Shown here piece after piece: positions 1-30,359 of a DNA stretch of 64,000 bases. The stretch lies in NCBI GenBank assembly GCA_963693365.1, contig CAVNZM010000001.1, positions 19,600,125-19,664,124 on the forward strand, read 5' to 3'. The notes below the pieces were generated by a model that ran no database searches, was not told the DNA's origin, and was given only the letters and a program-made list of their open reading frames with translations. The DNA is from Amoebidium appalachense. Its lineage: Eukaryota > Protista > Ichthyosporea. Position 1 is the first letter of the stretch; each line of letters starts with the position of its first letter. The position numbers were made by a program, and so were the translations under genes.

Positions 1-139
1 GATGATTTAATGCTGTATCGGAACTGATGTGCGCGCTAGTGGTAGGCGTGAGAGGTGAAGGCGGTTCAGGGAGGAAGGGAATGGGGAAGGACGAGAGAGG
101 GAGGGGGTGGGGAATGGGGGAGCAGACACATGCGTGCGT

Positions 140-173
<34 letters not shown>

Positions 174-317
174 ACACATACATACACATTCACACACGAA
201 TATGCTGCTTGCTCATGGATACACACACAAAAACACATACAGACAGATACATACGCACACACAGACACACACCCACACACACCCACACACACACGTGCTC
301 ACACACACACACACGTG

Positions 318-368
<51 letters not shown>

Positions 369-1272
369 GGGCAACCTACTAATGCAAAGGAATAGGTGAT
401 GTTATTGCAAGGTGCTTTGAATATACCCTTTCCCCGCTCTTCCCCCACCTCCCCCACCTCCTTCTCGGCTTTTTGTTTGAAGGTGGTGTGTGCGTGTGTG
501 CGTGTGTGTGTGTGTGTGTGGGGGGGAAGGGGGGGGGGGGGGGGGGGGGGGAAGAGAGGGGGGGCGCTGGGAGGGAGGGGGGGCTGCATGTGTATATGTG
601 CTTCTGGACGCCAGGGGAGAGTGCAGGGCGCAAGGGAGCTTCATTCATAAATGACGACCGTGGGTGTTTGATTCACTCCGTGTCACTGCTCGTCTGTGTC
701 TATGCGTTGTATGTGTGAGGAGGGGAGGAGGAGGGGGGGGAGGGGAGGGGGGGGGGGGGGGGGGGGGGGAACAGAGGGCTGTGGCGAGGATGGGTTTGCA
801 CTAGGAGCCCCCCTCCCCCCCCCCCCCCACTCCCCCTCCAACACATACACACATAATAAAGGGTCCATTATACGTTTTAGCCCTTTTTGTGTGTGTGTGT
901 GTGTGTGCTGGGGGCCGGAATCTGGAAGGGCAAGGGAGAGGGGGGGACGGGGGAAAGCTCTGCGTGTACGAAATGGTTGTATGGTGTGGGTGTGTGCCTG
1001 TGTGAATGGAGAGGGAGTAAGAAGGGCGTGCATATGAGTGAGTGTGTGTGTGTGGTAGTCGTGTATCTGTGGCTGGGATATGTGGTGTGCATGTGTGTCT
1101 TATCTTTCTATTGTTCATTCTTTCTTCCTTTCTTCCCCGTTTTTTTTTTTTCTTTGAGAGAGAGGGGAGGGTTTGGGCAGAGGGGGGGGGGGGGGGAGGG
1201 GGGGGGGGGGGGGCTGGTAAAGGAAACAGGAACCATGTCGGTCTCACTGACGGCACGTCTGCAGCCACCCAG

Positions 1273-1487
1273 GCAGCGCTAAGCGTAACGGTAAGATCAG
1301 TGTGCCGGAGTTTATGGAGCAGCTGGACCGCATGTTTGAGTCGAGGCCTCAGGGCTCACAGGTGCAGTGGGCACTCAAGCACGTCAAGGACGGACAGGTG
1401 CGTGGTTTGGCTTCTTTAAAAATGAATAATAAAGTCGGAGTGGCAAGGGGAGGGGAGGGAAAGGGGGGAGGGGGGGAGGGAGGAGGA

Positions 1488-1519
<32 letters not shown>

Positions 1520-2049
1520 GCTCGTGAAGTCCGTTAGTTGGTTAGTGGTTGTGGTGGTAACGGGGGGGGGGAGGGGGGAGGGGGGGGATTGTGGCTGTGG
1601 GTCTTGTTGTTTGTGTGCAGTGTACAATTGGGGATGTGTAAAAATTGCAGGGAAAGATTGAGCAGATGCGTGTGACCACACCGACTCTGTGTATCAGCTA
1701 TGGGCATTCTATGGCCAAATGTGTCGTTTTGCTGAGAAAGACATTGTGTGTTCCAATTAGTCAAGCGATCCCTTGAAGATGGTTTATGGTTACAAGATGT
1801 GTAGTCTCCACGTTATTTCTCTAATGCGTAGTAGCGATAGCAACACACAACAGCCATTAGGCACATCTTGTTGCGCATGCCAGGACTTGCCCATTAGCTG
1901 TTTGAGGCTCATATGGTGACTCTTGCAGGTTGGTGCCCACCCGCACTTCCTGCCCACTTTGGCCCAGAAGGTGCTGGAAAAGAGCAGAGATGCAGGCGCA
2001 CAGTTGGACACGGTGCACTACAACACATTCCTGGCCCTACTGGCGAAGC

Positions 2050-2133
<84 letters not shown>

Positions 2134-2950
2134 TGGGTGGTTGGGTGTGTGGGTGTGTGTTTATGGGTATGGGGTGTGGGTGTGTGTACGCATGCATGCA
2201 TGTGGGTGGGTGTACGTACGTGCGTGGCTATGTGCCTATGTGTGTGCATTTCCTTTTGCGCAAGATATGCATTTGTGTGTGCACACACCGCTGGCGCATG
2301 CAATGTACGAGTCTATGTGTGTGGGTTAGCTGGTGGGTTTTTGTGCCTCGGTCAATGCATGTGTACATTGTGTGTGGGCATGCACACCTTTGCACATTAA
2401 TACAACGTGGGGACAGTCGGCAGGGTACTGCACTCTGTTATACGTGTATGCACTTCTTCGTACATCCAAGTCCCTCTCCTTCTATACCTTCCACCTTTTC
2501 CCTCTCAATCCCCACTCTCTAATCACCCTTTCTCTCTTCTGACTTCCTCGTTAATGGCTGCAGGGCAAGAATATGAAAAAAGCCGTTGGGGCACTATGGC
2601 ACATGGCCCAGGATCGGGTGCACCCCGATCTAGTCACATACAACACGATACTGTCAATGTGTACCACTGCCGGAAACCTCGACTACCTATTGCACACTTT
2701 GAAGGCAATGAAGCGGTCGGGGGTCAGGGGGGATGTAGTCACCCTAAACACCCTGTTGAGGTTTTGGGTGGCGAGGGGAGACATACAGAGGCTGAAGGAT
2801 ACGTGGGTGGAGTATACACAGGTATGGTGTGTGGGTGTGTGTGTGTGGGTGAAGGTGTGTGTGTGTGTGTGCATGTGTGTGTCCGTGTGTGTGTGTCCGT
2901 GTATGTCTGTGTGTCTGTGTGTGTGTGCCTGCGTGTGTGCCTGTGTGTAT

Positions 2951-2981
<31 letters not shown>

Positions 2982-3108
2982 GGGGGACGGGGGGGGATTG
3001 TTTGGGAGGATTTTGCTTTTGAGTGTGTATGTGTGGCCTCGGTGTGCATGGTTGAGAGACAATGATCCATAGATACAGAGACCGTCGATGTATTTGCATA
3101 CCCCCCAG

Positions 3109-3144
<36 letters not shown>

Positions 3145-3200
3145 CACACACACAGACACACACACACACCCCTCTCCCCACCACCTCCCCCTTCCCTCCC

Positions 3201-3246
<46 letters not shown>

Positions 3247-3305
3247 ACACGAGACCACATACACACAACCAGAGCTGTACGGACGAGGCTGCCCTTGCCC
3301 CCCGA

Positions 3306-3340
<35 letters not shown>

Positions 3341-3615
3341 GTTTCTCCTATATCTGGTACATGCACTCTTGCTGCCCCCAAGCGCAAGTGTTTGCATAGC
3401 ACACACCACATAGCCTGCCAGACATACCACCCCCCCCCTCCCCGCTCTTCCCAAAGAGAAAAAAAGGGGGGGGGAGGAAGAGGGGGTAGATAGAGAGAGA
3501 GACAAGAAAGAAATCCCTCCACCTATGCTGCATTCTGTTTGGATATGTTCTTTCGACGGAATGATGTTACACGTTGTGATTGTACATCATATCATGACCA
3601 CGTTCTGATACTGCG

Positions 3616-3649
<34 letters not shown>

Positions 3650-3833
3650 CCACCCCCACTCGAAAAATGAAGAAAAAATCCAGCGCATTACGCAACTCTT
3701 TGTACAGCCACCAGTGCACCTTACAGACGCGTAACTCTACACATGCACACACACATCCGGACACGTTCACGTAAGTGTACACGTGTCAGCAGACAACGCA
3801 CACACACACAGGCACACAGGCACACAAGCGTGC

Positions 3834-3865
<32 letters not shown>

Positions 3866-4982
3866 AAACACACACACAAACACACACTCACACACTCACA
3901 CACTCACACACTCACACACTCACACACACACACACACACAGGAACTGGGAGTTCAGCCCGACCTCGTCTCTTACTGTCTTCTGGGTGATCTTATGGCCCG
4001 TACGGGGGGTCTGAAGGGTGCATTTGCAGCCATTGATGCAATGGTGGCTGCCGGTCTAAATCCGACCACAGAAACATTCAACACACTCATACGGCCACTG
4101 AGAGATGCTGGAAACGTGGAGGGGGTGAGGGCACTCATGAGGACCATGTACACAAGGTGTGGGTGGGTGGTGGTGGTGGGGGGGGGACGGGGGGGGACGG
4201 GGGGGACGGGTGGGTGGGTGGGTGTGTGGGTGGGTGTGGTTGTGGGTGGGTGGGCGGGTGAATGTGTGTTCGTGTTGGTTTGTGCATTCGTGGGTGCTTC
4301 CCACGTGCTGTTTTTGTATATCTGCGCTGTCTATCTGCTTGTGCATGTGTGTGTTGTGCGTTGGGTTTCGACTGCCCCCATTCACTTATGAGCTTACCTA
4401 CCAATAACCTTCCCATTTTCCCCCACCCTCCTCGTATGGCTATGCTAATAATCTGCATGCACAGGGACCGAGATGCGCAGCCGGACGTAGTGACGTACAC
4501 ACTGTGCATGCAGGCACTGATGGAGGCAGGCAGGCACGGGGATGCACTGGGGGTGCTGTATGAGATGCGCATGATGGGCGTGCCGGCTGAGCGCTCCATA
4601 TACCATGCACTGCTCAAGGTGGATGGGGTTTTTTTTTTTCCTTTTTTTTTTTTTTTTTTTCCTTTTGCATGGCTTTTGTTTCTTTTAGGGAGGGGATGAG
4701 TGGGGGTGGTGGTGCCGGGGGGACGGGGGGGGTGAGTGTGACAGTGGATGAGGTGGATGGCAGTGTGTGTGTGTTTGTGTGTGTATGTGTGTGTAGTCCA
4801 AGGCAGTGGATAACATTATGCGTGTTGTTTGCTGTTTTTGTGCTTCCTAAATCTACGGGATGCATGGCTGGAGTGGGTTGGTGGTTCTGTGGTTCAAAGT
4901 TTTGGTGTGTTCATGCACACCTGAATTCATGTGATGTGTGTCTATCTGCCCCTATGTAATCCTTTACCCCCTCCTCCCTCCC

Positions 4983-5033
<51 letters not shown>

Positions 5034-6215
5034 AAGGCTCCTTCTGGATCTATTCATCTCGACGTACCTCCGCCCATCCCCCTGTAACTTTCCTCCCGCC
5101 CATACCTGTGGCCATATGTTACTGGGGTAGCCGTTTAACTTGGTATGTGGTTTGTATATGGAAAGAGCCTTCCCAAAGGTGGCCCGGGGGAGGGGGGCTT
5201 GTTATGGAAGAAAGCAAGGAACCTCTGCTCACATGCAAGTGTGGATGCAGGGGGCATGCCGGGACGGCAATGGGGAGGCAGCGGAGGGCATCATCCAGCA
5301 CATGGCCCGACACGGCCACATGCCCGACCCCATCATGTGTGCCCGCCTGCTGAGGCTCTACAGAGACCTGGGCGATGCCGAGAGCATGCAGAGGGTACTT
5401 ATTCTTTCCTCTGATGTTTTCTTCCACACACATCCCAACACCTCGCTGTTTTGTCTCTCCCGGCTGAGCTTATCAATCGGTTTTACCATCCCTCCCGCCT
5501 GACCCTCCCGCCTCAGTAACGACCTGTGTGTGATTTTTGGCCCGTGTAAAGCACTTCTTCATTATTTAACCCTTTTTCTGCTGGTAGAGCTGGTATTGTT
5601 GTTTGGCGCTGGGGAAATTTTTTGCCCCCCCCCCCCCCCCCCCCCCCCAACACACACACACACACACACACACACACCACCACCACCACCACCAGCACCA
5701 GCACCAGCACCAGCACCAGCAACTGCTATTGCCTAAAACCCAGCAGTTTTTACAGCTTTCGGTCTTACTCTTGCTCACATCATAGCAATGCCCTGAACAT
5801 AATGAATACGAATAACCCATTCAAGCTCAGTGAAGTGATGTCGGCCCAGGGTCACGTCAGACGATTGGGTGGATACTCACATCATGACCCTGCATCCCCC
5901 CCCCCCCCCCCCTTCCCCCTCCCCTCCCCCAGCTGTGCTTGTTGCATGCGTCGGTGTTCAGCTTTGCCGTATTCTGTTCCACACCATGCCCTTACCATGC
6001 ATCTTACATGTATTTGTTGCCATGTGCACATGCTGACATTGCGCACCCAGGTGACAGCGCTAGTGGATGTGTCGTCTGTGCGCATGGTCGATCTGCAGCG
6101 CATGGCCAAGGCCTTTCTGCTGGTGCAGGACAGAGAGTCGGCCAGGCTGGCAATAGACCTGGCTAGGCACATGAGGTTTCGCCCAAGCAGAAACGTAAAC
6201 ACCCCCCCCCCCCCC

Positions 6216-6249
<34 letters not shown>

Positions 6250-6898
6250 CACCCTTCCCTATTGGAGGATACCCCTCCCCCCCCCCCCTTCCCCCCTCTC
6301 CCCGAAGTGTTTGCTAAGAAGGCTCTTATGAGACATTTTTGCTGGCGGAGATGTACCGTCTTGGCACATGGCTTGCCTTCAGTCAACCGCAGGAAAACTG
6401 GGCACACCACCCCTTCCCCCCCCCCCCTCTCTCTCTCCCCCCCCCCCCCCCCCCCCCCCCCCGGTCCTCCTGCTCCCACCCACCTCCACCCTCCTTCGTG
6501 CTGTGGAGTTGGGCATGGGCATACCTTCCTTCAGAAACGCGCACGTGCATGTGTGTCTCCAAGCAAAATGCTCCCAATCCCCCCCCCCCCCCCCCCCCTC
6601 CCCCCCCCCTTCTTTTCCCACCATCATCACCACCAAATACCCGCGCTCCACGAACACAAGTGCACACACAGACACACTCGCCAGCATTTTTCCCTCCGTC
6701 CGTTGTGTCTATTCCTCTCCCCTCCAGCCTTCTCTAACATTGGAATTGCAGCTTCGGGGAGATATCGTTTTGGATTTTTTGTTAAACGATGCCGTGACGG
6801 ATGCGGTGGACATCTACATCGACTACACCCAGGTGTGTGTGTGTGTGTGTGGGTGTGTGGGTGTGTGGGTGTGGGTGTGGGTGGGTGTGTGGGTGTGT

Positions 6899-6945
<47 letters not shown>

Positions 6946-7909
6946 TGTGTTTGTGTCTGTGTTACCGTACCTATGTATACGTGTGTTGTGGTGGTGTCCG
7001 TGTGTGCTTGTGAGTCTGTGACTGTGGGTTTGCGTACGTGAGTGCTCTCACGCATGTGTGCATGGGTGTGTTCGTGTGTGCGTTTGGGTGTTTACATCAT
7101 GTGTGGTGTGCATGTGCACAACTGCAGGCTGACGGGTCCCTGTGTGTGTGTGGGGTGTGAGGATTTGGTAAAGCATACAAGTGCACCCGTTATGGTATAG
7201 GGCAGCTTCGGAGAGGCAATAGGTGTGTGATGTGTCCGTGTGACTGTTCATTCGCGGACTCGTACAAACCAAGCAAGAAGACACACAGGCACACACGGAT
7301 ACACGCGTCACGCACGTGCACACATGAATATACACAAGGTATTGACTTGTGTGTGTGTGTCTGTGTGTGCATGCACGCGCAAAACGTGTATCCGTATGTG
7401 CGTGTGTGCCTGTTTGTCATCTTGCGTTTGGAACGCCGTGTTGTGTCTTCAGAGGCAAGGTGAGAAGGATGTGTGTGTGTTTGGGGGGGGGATAAGTAAA
7501 TGTTTATGGGATGATAAATAGTGAATTTTCGGCTAGGTTTCTGACGGTTGTTGCTGACGTCATTCTGTGCAGTATGGGCGCGTATTCCTTTCCGAGTCAT
7601 CTCTGGCAGCAATGTGGGCTGCCTGCCATACCCCGGCACTCAGGAACAACCTGAGAGATGCAATAGCTGAGAACCAGGCATCACTGACCAGGTAGTTGCG
7701 TGCCCTGTAGCAACATGTGTGTTGATGGGGGGTGTGTGTGTGTGTGTGTGTAAGGGTGAGGGTGGGTGGGTGTGCTTGTGTGTGCGTGCGTACGTGCGTG
7801 GATGTGGTAAATGATCAGGCACTAGAAAGGGTGTGGGTTTGTGGCTGGGTGCATTTGTATCTGTGTGAGCCTTGGATAGATTAGATATGTGTGTATAATT
7901 GTGGTTGAA

Positions 7910-7946
<37 letters not shown>

Positions 7947-8682
7947 GCTCAGAAATTGCATGTGGCTGGTAGTGTGCTTGCATGTGCTAATGCAGCGGTG
8001 CTTCTGTGAAAGATATTGCTGTGATGGGTGCATACTCTTACATTTACGTTCTGTTCTTGCGTCGTGGTTTTCTGCTCGTCGTGTGGGACTCACACAAGTT
8101 TTAGTAATTACAAACCAAGTGCAAATACCAATCGGTTAACCACACGCACACACTTTCTCTTACTCTTTCTCTCTTTTCCTTCGTTACTCATTCACTCACA
8201 CTAATGCACGCTCGCACACATGCAGCCATGGATGTCGCTTTTGTGTCAGCTACCCCCCAATACCTACCTACGCAAATGCTTGTTGGATCATGATCTTCCC
8301 CCTCCCCTCCAACCCCCCAACCCCCCCCCCCCCCCCCCCCCCCCCACCACCACCACCACCACCCTCCAACCCCCCCCACCTTCACCAGTGTCTTCAACCT
8401 GTACTATAGCTTTGTTTTCTGCTGTTTAAAAACTGTTATTGTATACTTTTTTTTTTGTTTTCGCTCTCATATTTGCCACCTGCTAATGCCCCCACCACAC
8501 CCAGGATACCGCATGCAGACCAGCGTTGCAGCGTATGCAGCCACCTTGTGACGGACTATGGGGGCAGGGACTGTGTGGACTGTGGGGCCGTGCACTGCCA
8601 CGTGTGCCGCACGGCCCTGTGCTCACACCCCCCAGGCCTCATGTGCAGGAAGTGTAGCAGGGCGAGGTTTGGCCCGGCATGA
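1273..8682 (+). CDS. Pentatricopeptide-repeat (PPR) protein with C-terminal C8 zinc finger; multi-exon, 5' end uncertain
   Basis: Phase-consistent GT-AG exons: ~1273-1397, 1929-2051, 2564-2821, 3942-4156, 4465-4618, 5251-5394, 6051-6194, 6752-6832, 7573-7691, 8505-8682 (TGA); a further upstream exon is possible at 615-659. PPR signatures: [91 protein letters not shown]. The last exon encodes CSVC-x11-CVDC-x4-CHVC-x12-CRKC. Confidence 0.9.
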
Positions 8683-9619
8683 ACATGTGCACACACACAC
8701 ACAGGGCCAGACAGACACTTACACCAACATGTGTGCAGGTGCACACATGTACCCATGCACACATGCACACACACACGTGGGCACGAGCATGCACTAGTGT
8801 ATGAGCAATATGCACGTGTCTCACATGATATCCAGACACTTCGTTGTGCAGTCAGCAATGCAGACCTACGTAGAGACACGGATTGGCACACAGATGGGTG
8901 CTTGGTGGCTAAATCCATGCCCAACCACTCACCCACACGTACATGATCACAAAAAGGAGTTCACGGATTTGTATGAAGGATTCTACTTTTGCCTTGTTGT
9001 TTGGACACGGATAAGCATTTGAATGGAATTATGCTGCCAGAGCCTGTATATGAATGAAATGTGTATGATTGGATGAGTAGTTTCTGTCTGTCGGATTGTC
9101 CGATGGTGTATCGAATCCCAAACATGAAGTTGTATAAACTCTTGAATTGTCTTCGCCTCATGCGAGTGCTATGATAGTAGTACTTTTGCCTAAGTACAAC
9201 TCGTATGCATGAAATTTGACTACGAAGCCCCCTTTCTCCTTTGGGGATTTAGAATTGTGGTGTTTGTTGTAGATCTAGAATGAATGGCCGGTTTGAAGTC
9301 AGCCTGACTGTGAGGCATGTACCTGAGTGTACTGCTGTGGTGTGCGTGAATGTGCTTGTGCTTGTGCCATGTGCTAATGGTTGTATGTACGACCTGCCAT
9401 ATTTGGGCAAGAACCATAAATAGTAAAACACAACATGCCTGGCGCATGTCCAAGGATCGCGAGCCTTGTGTCGATGCATATGTGAACTCGTGCGCATGCT
9501 CTGAAGCATTTTTTCCCCCACTGCAGCTGGTGAATCACCACCAGTTATGTACGTACCGTCAGACATCAGGACAGTACCAAGGCAATATATATACCATACA
9601 TGCACGCCCTTATAGTGAC

Positions 9620-11010
9620 TAGTCCTAATATAGCAATACACAGTGCCAAATGCTGTCCAGATTTATGCCGAAATGATGACCCTATTAATAACTTTCCGCC
9701 TGCACATCTCTATGCTGATGATCTGTCCCTCCTTGCCCGTACCCCTAGACGCCTGCAAAGATTGTTCGATATAGTGTCAGAGTGGTGCAAGGCAAACCTT
9801 ATGATCCCTAACATAGAAAAATGTGGTGTTCTTGTACCTTATATAGCTAACAATTTACACACATTCACATTATCATCTAAACCTGTACATATCGTTCCAG
9901 AATACAAGTATCTCGATGTTCCGGTTAATTCTGTTGGTGTTATGTTTTCCCATATGGTTGAAAAGAGGGTAGAGCTGGCTCGTAAGCGGTTAGCTTTCTT
10001 CTCGGCTAATATTTTTAAAGACACACCCCCTCCATCCTTCTAATAGACTACCATTTATTTGCACTTTTGTCGGACCCCGGCATGTGAATATGGTTTACCC
10101 CTTCTCGCCGCTTGGATCAAGAAAGAGAGAACTAGAGCGCTTAAACCCTTGGCAAATTTCCTTGAAGTAGAAATTGCGTCCTTTCTATATAACAATTGTT
10201 GTAAACCTGGGCCTGTACAACGCTCTCAATATATGGTCTGGTCCCAATAGCTGCTAGAGTATCCCATCTCGCGCTGAAATTCAATAAGCACATAAGCCGC
10301 TTAATTATTTATCTGCCCTCCCACCCTCTCTTCTCTATCAGACCTGTCCGCTCCCCACCTCTCCCCTCTTTCATTCCCTCTCTCTCTCCTTCTTCCCCGG
10401 GCACAAATACAAATAAATCCTGCAAAAGTGTACGTGTGACTTTGGACTGCCACTTACTTTTTAGACATGTACATAATCACAAAATATTTACACAATATAA
10501 TAAATGGAAAAAGACACCACACGACACTAGACCCGATGAAAGCAGACACCTTGAAAAACTAAGCCTTATATCTCGTTTTATATATAATGACCGCCTTAAC
10601 CATATTGCCAAATATGGCACCGTACGCAAATGTAATAACACCTAAATACATATTACCTTCCTGTAGAGCTGGTCTTTCTCTAGCTGATGGTATTATTGAT
10701 CAATTACCACGCTTTTACTGTACACGTGCTATACAGTGGAGATCTAATAAGTATAAGGTGGCATCGTTTACATGCCCAACAACACACACACACACCAGTT
10801 CAACGATCATGTATAGCCAAATGTAGTTTGATAGACCACCTAATACCGCAACACACACACGACACATTCACAACAGACACCCAGAAAGATAGCCTACCTG
10901 AAAATTACAACAAATCCTTGATTTTATACTAAACGTTAACACGCGTAACTATGACCTGTTTATTAGATGTGTTGATTGGCTTGAGAAACACATCATTACG
11001 AAGTTCTAGC
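9620..11010 (+). mobile_element. Degraded, 5'-truncated non-LTR retrotransposon (reverse transcriptase C-terminal half and downstream region)
   Basis: ORF 9600-10043 has HLYADDLSLLA...LQRLFDIVSEWCKANLMIPNIEKCGVL...EYKYLDV, the RT YADD motif plus later RT domains. Broken ORFs continue with CEYGLPLL and AIQWRSNK..C. The segment is intronless, AT-richer than the exons, has stops and frameshifts, and is followed by (CA)n and an A-run at ~11096-11131. Confidence 0.85.
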
Positions 11011-11254
11011 ACACACACACACACACACACACACACTGACACACACACACACACACACCAGCTGATACCGAGTGTCCCAGGCCCAGGGGAGCCCGAAAAA
11101 AAACAAAAAAAAAAAAAAAAAAAAAAAAAAACAACGGGGAACCCAACCAATTGGTTTTCTTAGTCTTTATGGTGCCTCGTAGAGAAAGTAAACCCTGATA
11201 TATAATCACTCACCCGACATCTATGTACTTGATCATGATATACAGCTGAGGGGA

Positions 11255-11671
11255 ATTCCGAGCAAAACCCCCCCCCATACCTGAGACTGGTCTCTCTTTG
11301 CCTCGAGTAAACAGCGTAAACCCCCCAAATGCATGTCGATCATGGCAGACCGTACATGTACATGCGCTTTTCAGTGGGCACTGCCAGTACATGTCCTGGC
11401 CGTACAAGCCATCGACCACAACCATGGACGTGCCCGTGTTGTATGCCTGATATAGGTAGTACTAATATTACCGATGATACTGTGTGTGTATGTGCGATAA
11501 CCTTCAACAATGTTCATGGGCAGCGGCATGCAATTACGTCATACATATGCATACACAAGACCACTCAGTGTGCACGTGCACTTGCATGTTCGTGTCCGGG
11601 ACCATAAACATATTCCGAGAAAAACCCCGTGACCTGGTCTCCCTTTGCCTCGAGTAAACAGCGCAAACCCC
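11255..11671. repeat. Pair of ~60-70 bp imperfect direct repeats ~350 bp apart
   Basis: attccgag.aaaacccc...ga..tggtctc.ctttgcctcgagtaaacagcg.aaacccc occurs at ~11255-11325 and ~11612-11671. Confidence 0.75.
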
Positions 11672-12547
11672 ATATTATTATTAAACTGTTACATATTGAT
11701 GCTCCTGTACGTATTTTGAAATTTGGCACAGTCACGTAGCTAGGGGCAGTACAACTTGCGCCCGTACGTAAACATCATAAGTACCCAAAGCCACCCACGT
11801 GCCCTGCCGTTCATCTGGGTTCCGGGCATAATGTTTGCATGTCGACCAACTGTTACAGTTGCGACTCGGATATTATACTGGAAAAAAGGAAAACGCGGAA
11901 ATTTGAAATCCCCCCCACCTCCCCCTTTCCCCCCGGGCCCCATGCACCCGTCGTTCTTCTAAAAACAAAACCATCGCCACAAAGCTTGGTACAATGTATG
12001 TAGTGCAGGCTCTATACATCCTTGATCCTAAAAACGGGGACACGACATGTGACAATCATATTTTGATACCATCGTTTTATTGTACACTATGCCGAATGGG
12101 GACATGATATTAAACCAATATTATTTATGCTAATTCAAATTTACTATACCCTCCGACATGTTCATATAGATGTTTGCACCAAAAGAGTGCTGGGTAGATC
12201 CTATCAAGAGATTATCTGTGCATTCAACAGCTGTTAATGATGCATTTCACAAATATTCGAGTTACTCTCGAAAGCACAAACGGAAAATAAAATAATGTTG
12301 CAACCACACATTCATGATACGTCGTATGATCACAAAGCCTGAAACAAAACGAAAAAAAAAACAAAAACAACAGGAGTATGGCTTTTCTGTTCGTGTGATT
12401 CACAGTCAGGTTGCATAAACAGCCCCAAGGCCTGACGATACCCTAAGGGATTCACTGAATTGATTATGGTGCCTGTGGTCTACACACATCACGAAAGAGA
12501 GAATTCAACTTGTTATAACTAGCAATGTGTTCTTTATATTACCAGAC

Positions 12548-12578
<31 letters not shown>

Positions 12579-12868
12579 AAAGATTAAAAATAAAAACAAA
12601 AATAAAATAAAATAAGCAAATAAAAAATAAAATGAATTCGAATTTCAAAAAAAAAACGGCCACCCGTTACTAACTTTTGACGCTATATTTATGAAAACAT
12701 TTGAGTGTGCAACTAAATGAGCAGAGTGAAGCGAGAAACCAACTCGCTCCCTGGTTGGGGAGGGGAGAGGAGGTTGGGCACTATAAAATGGGTCGAGAAC
12801 AGTGCAAGTATGCTGGGTGCGTGCCATGAATAAGCTCATTTACACATGGCCACATGCAGACGTAGTAA

Positions 12869-29043
<16,175 letters not shown>

Positions 29044-30008
29044 GGTTGCTGACCCACACAAGCTACGGGGCAACCTAGCTCTGATGCAATAATGACCTTG
29101 GTCTGTATGATGTTGGTTGTTTCCTTAGGAGGCAGCTCTAAGGTTTGTGCTTGGCTTGGTTTACTCTCAGCAGCCCATGTACAGGTAGCTATAGCAAGGC
29201 AGGCTTTTTCTAAACACCAGTACGTGCACAGCTTACTGTACCGCCGCACACAGAGCTACACTTCTTTGCTCTGCTTGTATGTACTTATTTTCTACCGCAC
29301 CAGTAGAGCTCCTTCCACCCTCTCCTTTCAGTGTTCCGTTTCAATTTTTCCGGCCAAGTAACCCGCTCGGCGGACTGATTGCTCAAATTCTTTAGCCAAA
29401 TAAAGTTTGTTTACATAACCATATATGGGAGGTGTTGCGTAATCCCCCTTCCAAGTCAATTTGCAAGCCCTTCAAAGGAGTGGCCGGCCGAAGTTTGTGT
29501 GTTTGTGTGTGTGTGTGGTGGTTGCAGGAGTTGGGTTGGAAAGGGGGAAGGCAGGGTACGGCCCTCGATATTCACATTCACAATGGCCAAAAGTCTTTCC
29601 AGTTAAAGGAAGAGAAGACCCACTAGAGTACCCTCCTCCCCTCCCAACTCCCCATCCACAAAACACACTATTCATTAACTCCCGTCCCTGCTGGGTCAAC
29701 TGGGTGGAACCTTGCGGGCTTGTAAAGGCATGTATGGTCCTATGACTTTGTTCTCAATTGTGTCCTGCATCCCTTGTCATTCATCATATCTACATAACTG
29801 AGTTTCACACTTGTCAGTTGTCGCACATTCACGGATCTCTAAACTGTTCATTTCATACATAACCGTTCGTGTTTAGTTTTCAGTCGATTGCTTTGCGAGT
29901 CCAACCCTCTCTGATGGCTTCTGGGGATGTTGAGATTCGTTCACCATCAGTAATGGTGAACTTTTTCAAAACCAACCTCGAGTGTACTCGAGCTTTGGAG
30001 CGCAGTGC

Positions 30009-30277
30009 CTACGCGGTGGTCTGTGGGTGCGATGTTAAGTGTCAAGCAAAATGCTAGAAAAAGGGGAGCCAAGATGTGCACAGAGGAAATAGTCTAAAAG
30101 AAACGGAAGAAGGCTAAATTCTCCGACACAGCACATCAATCACATAAGAAGCCCGTTGTTCCTCCTTGGGTGTGGCTTCATACCTGGCCCCAAAACAGAC
30201 CTCACTGTGGCGGCCACAACCACACCCAATTAATCGTCAAGTCTCACGCAACCAAAGTTAAATCTGCAAATACACAA

Positions 30278-30359
<82 letters not shown>

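Noticed and set aside
6318-6400. Possible extra PPR exon ([14 protein letters not shown])
   Set aside because: It has a weak acceptor and no clear donor, and 6194 joins 6752 in phase without it.
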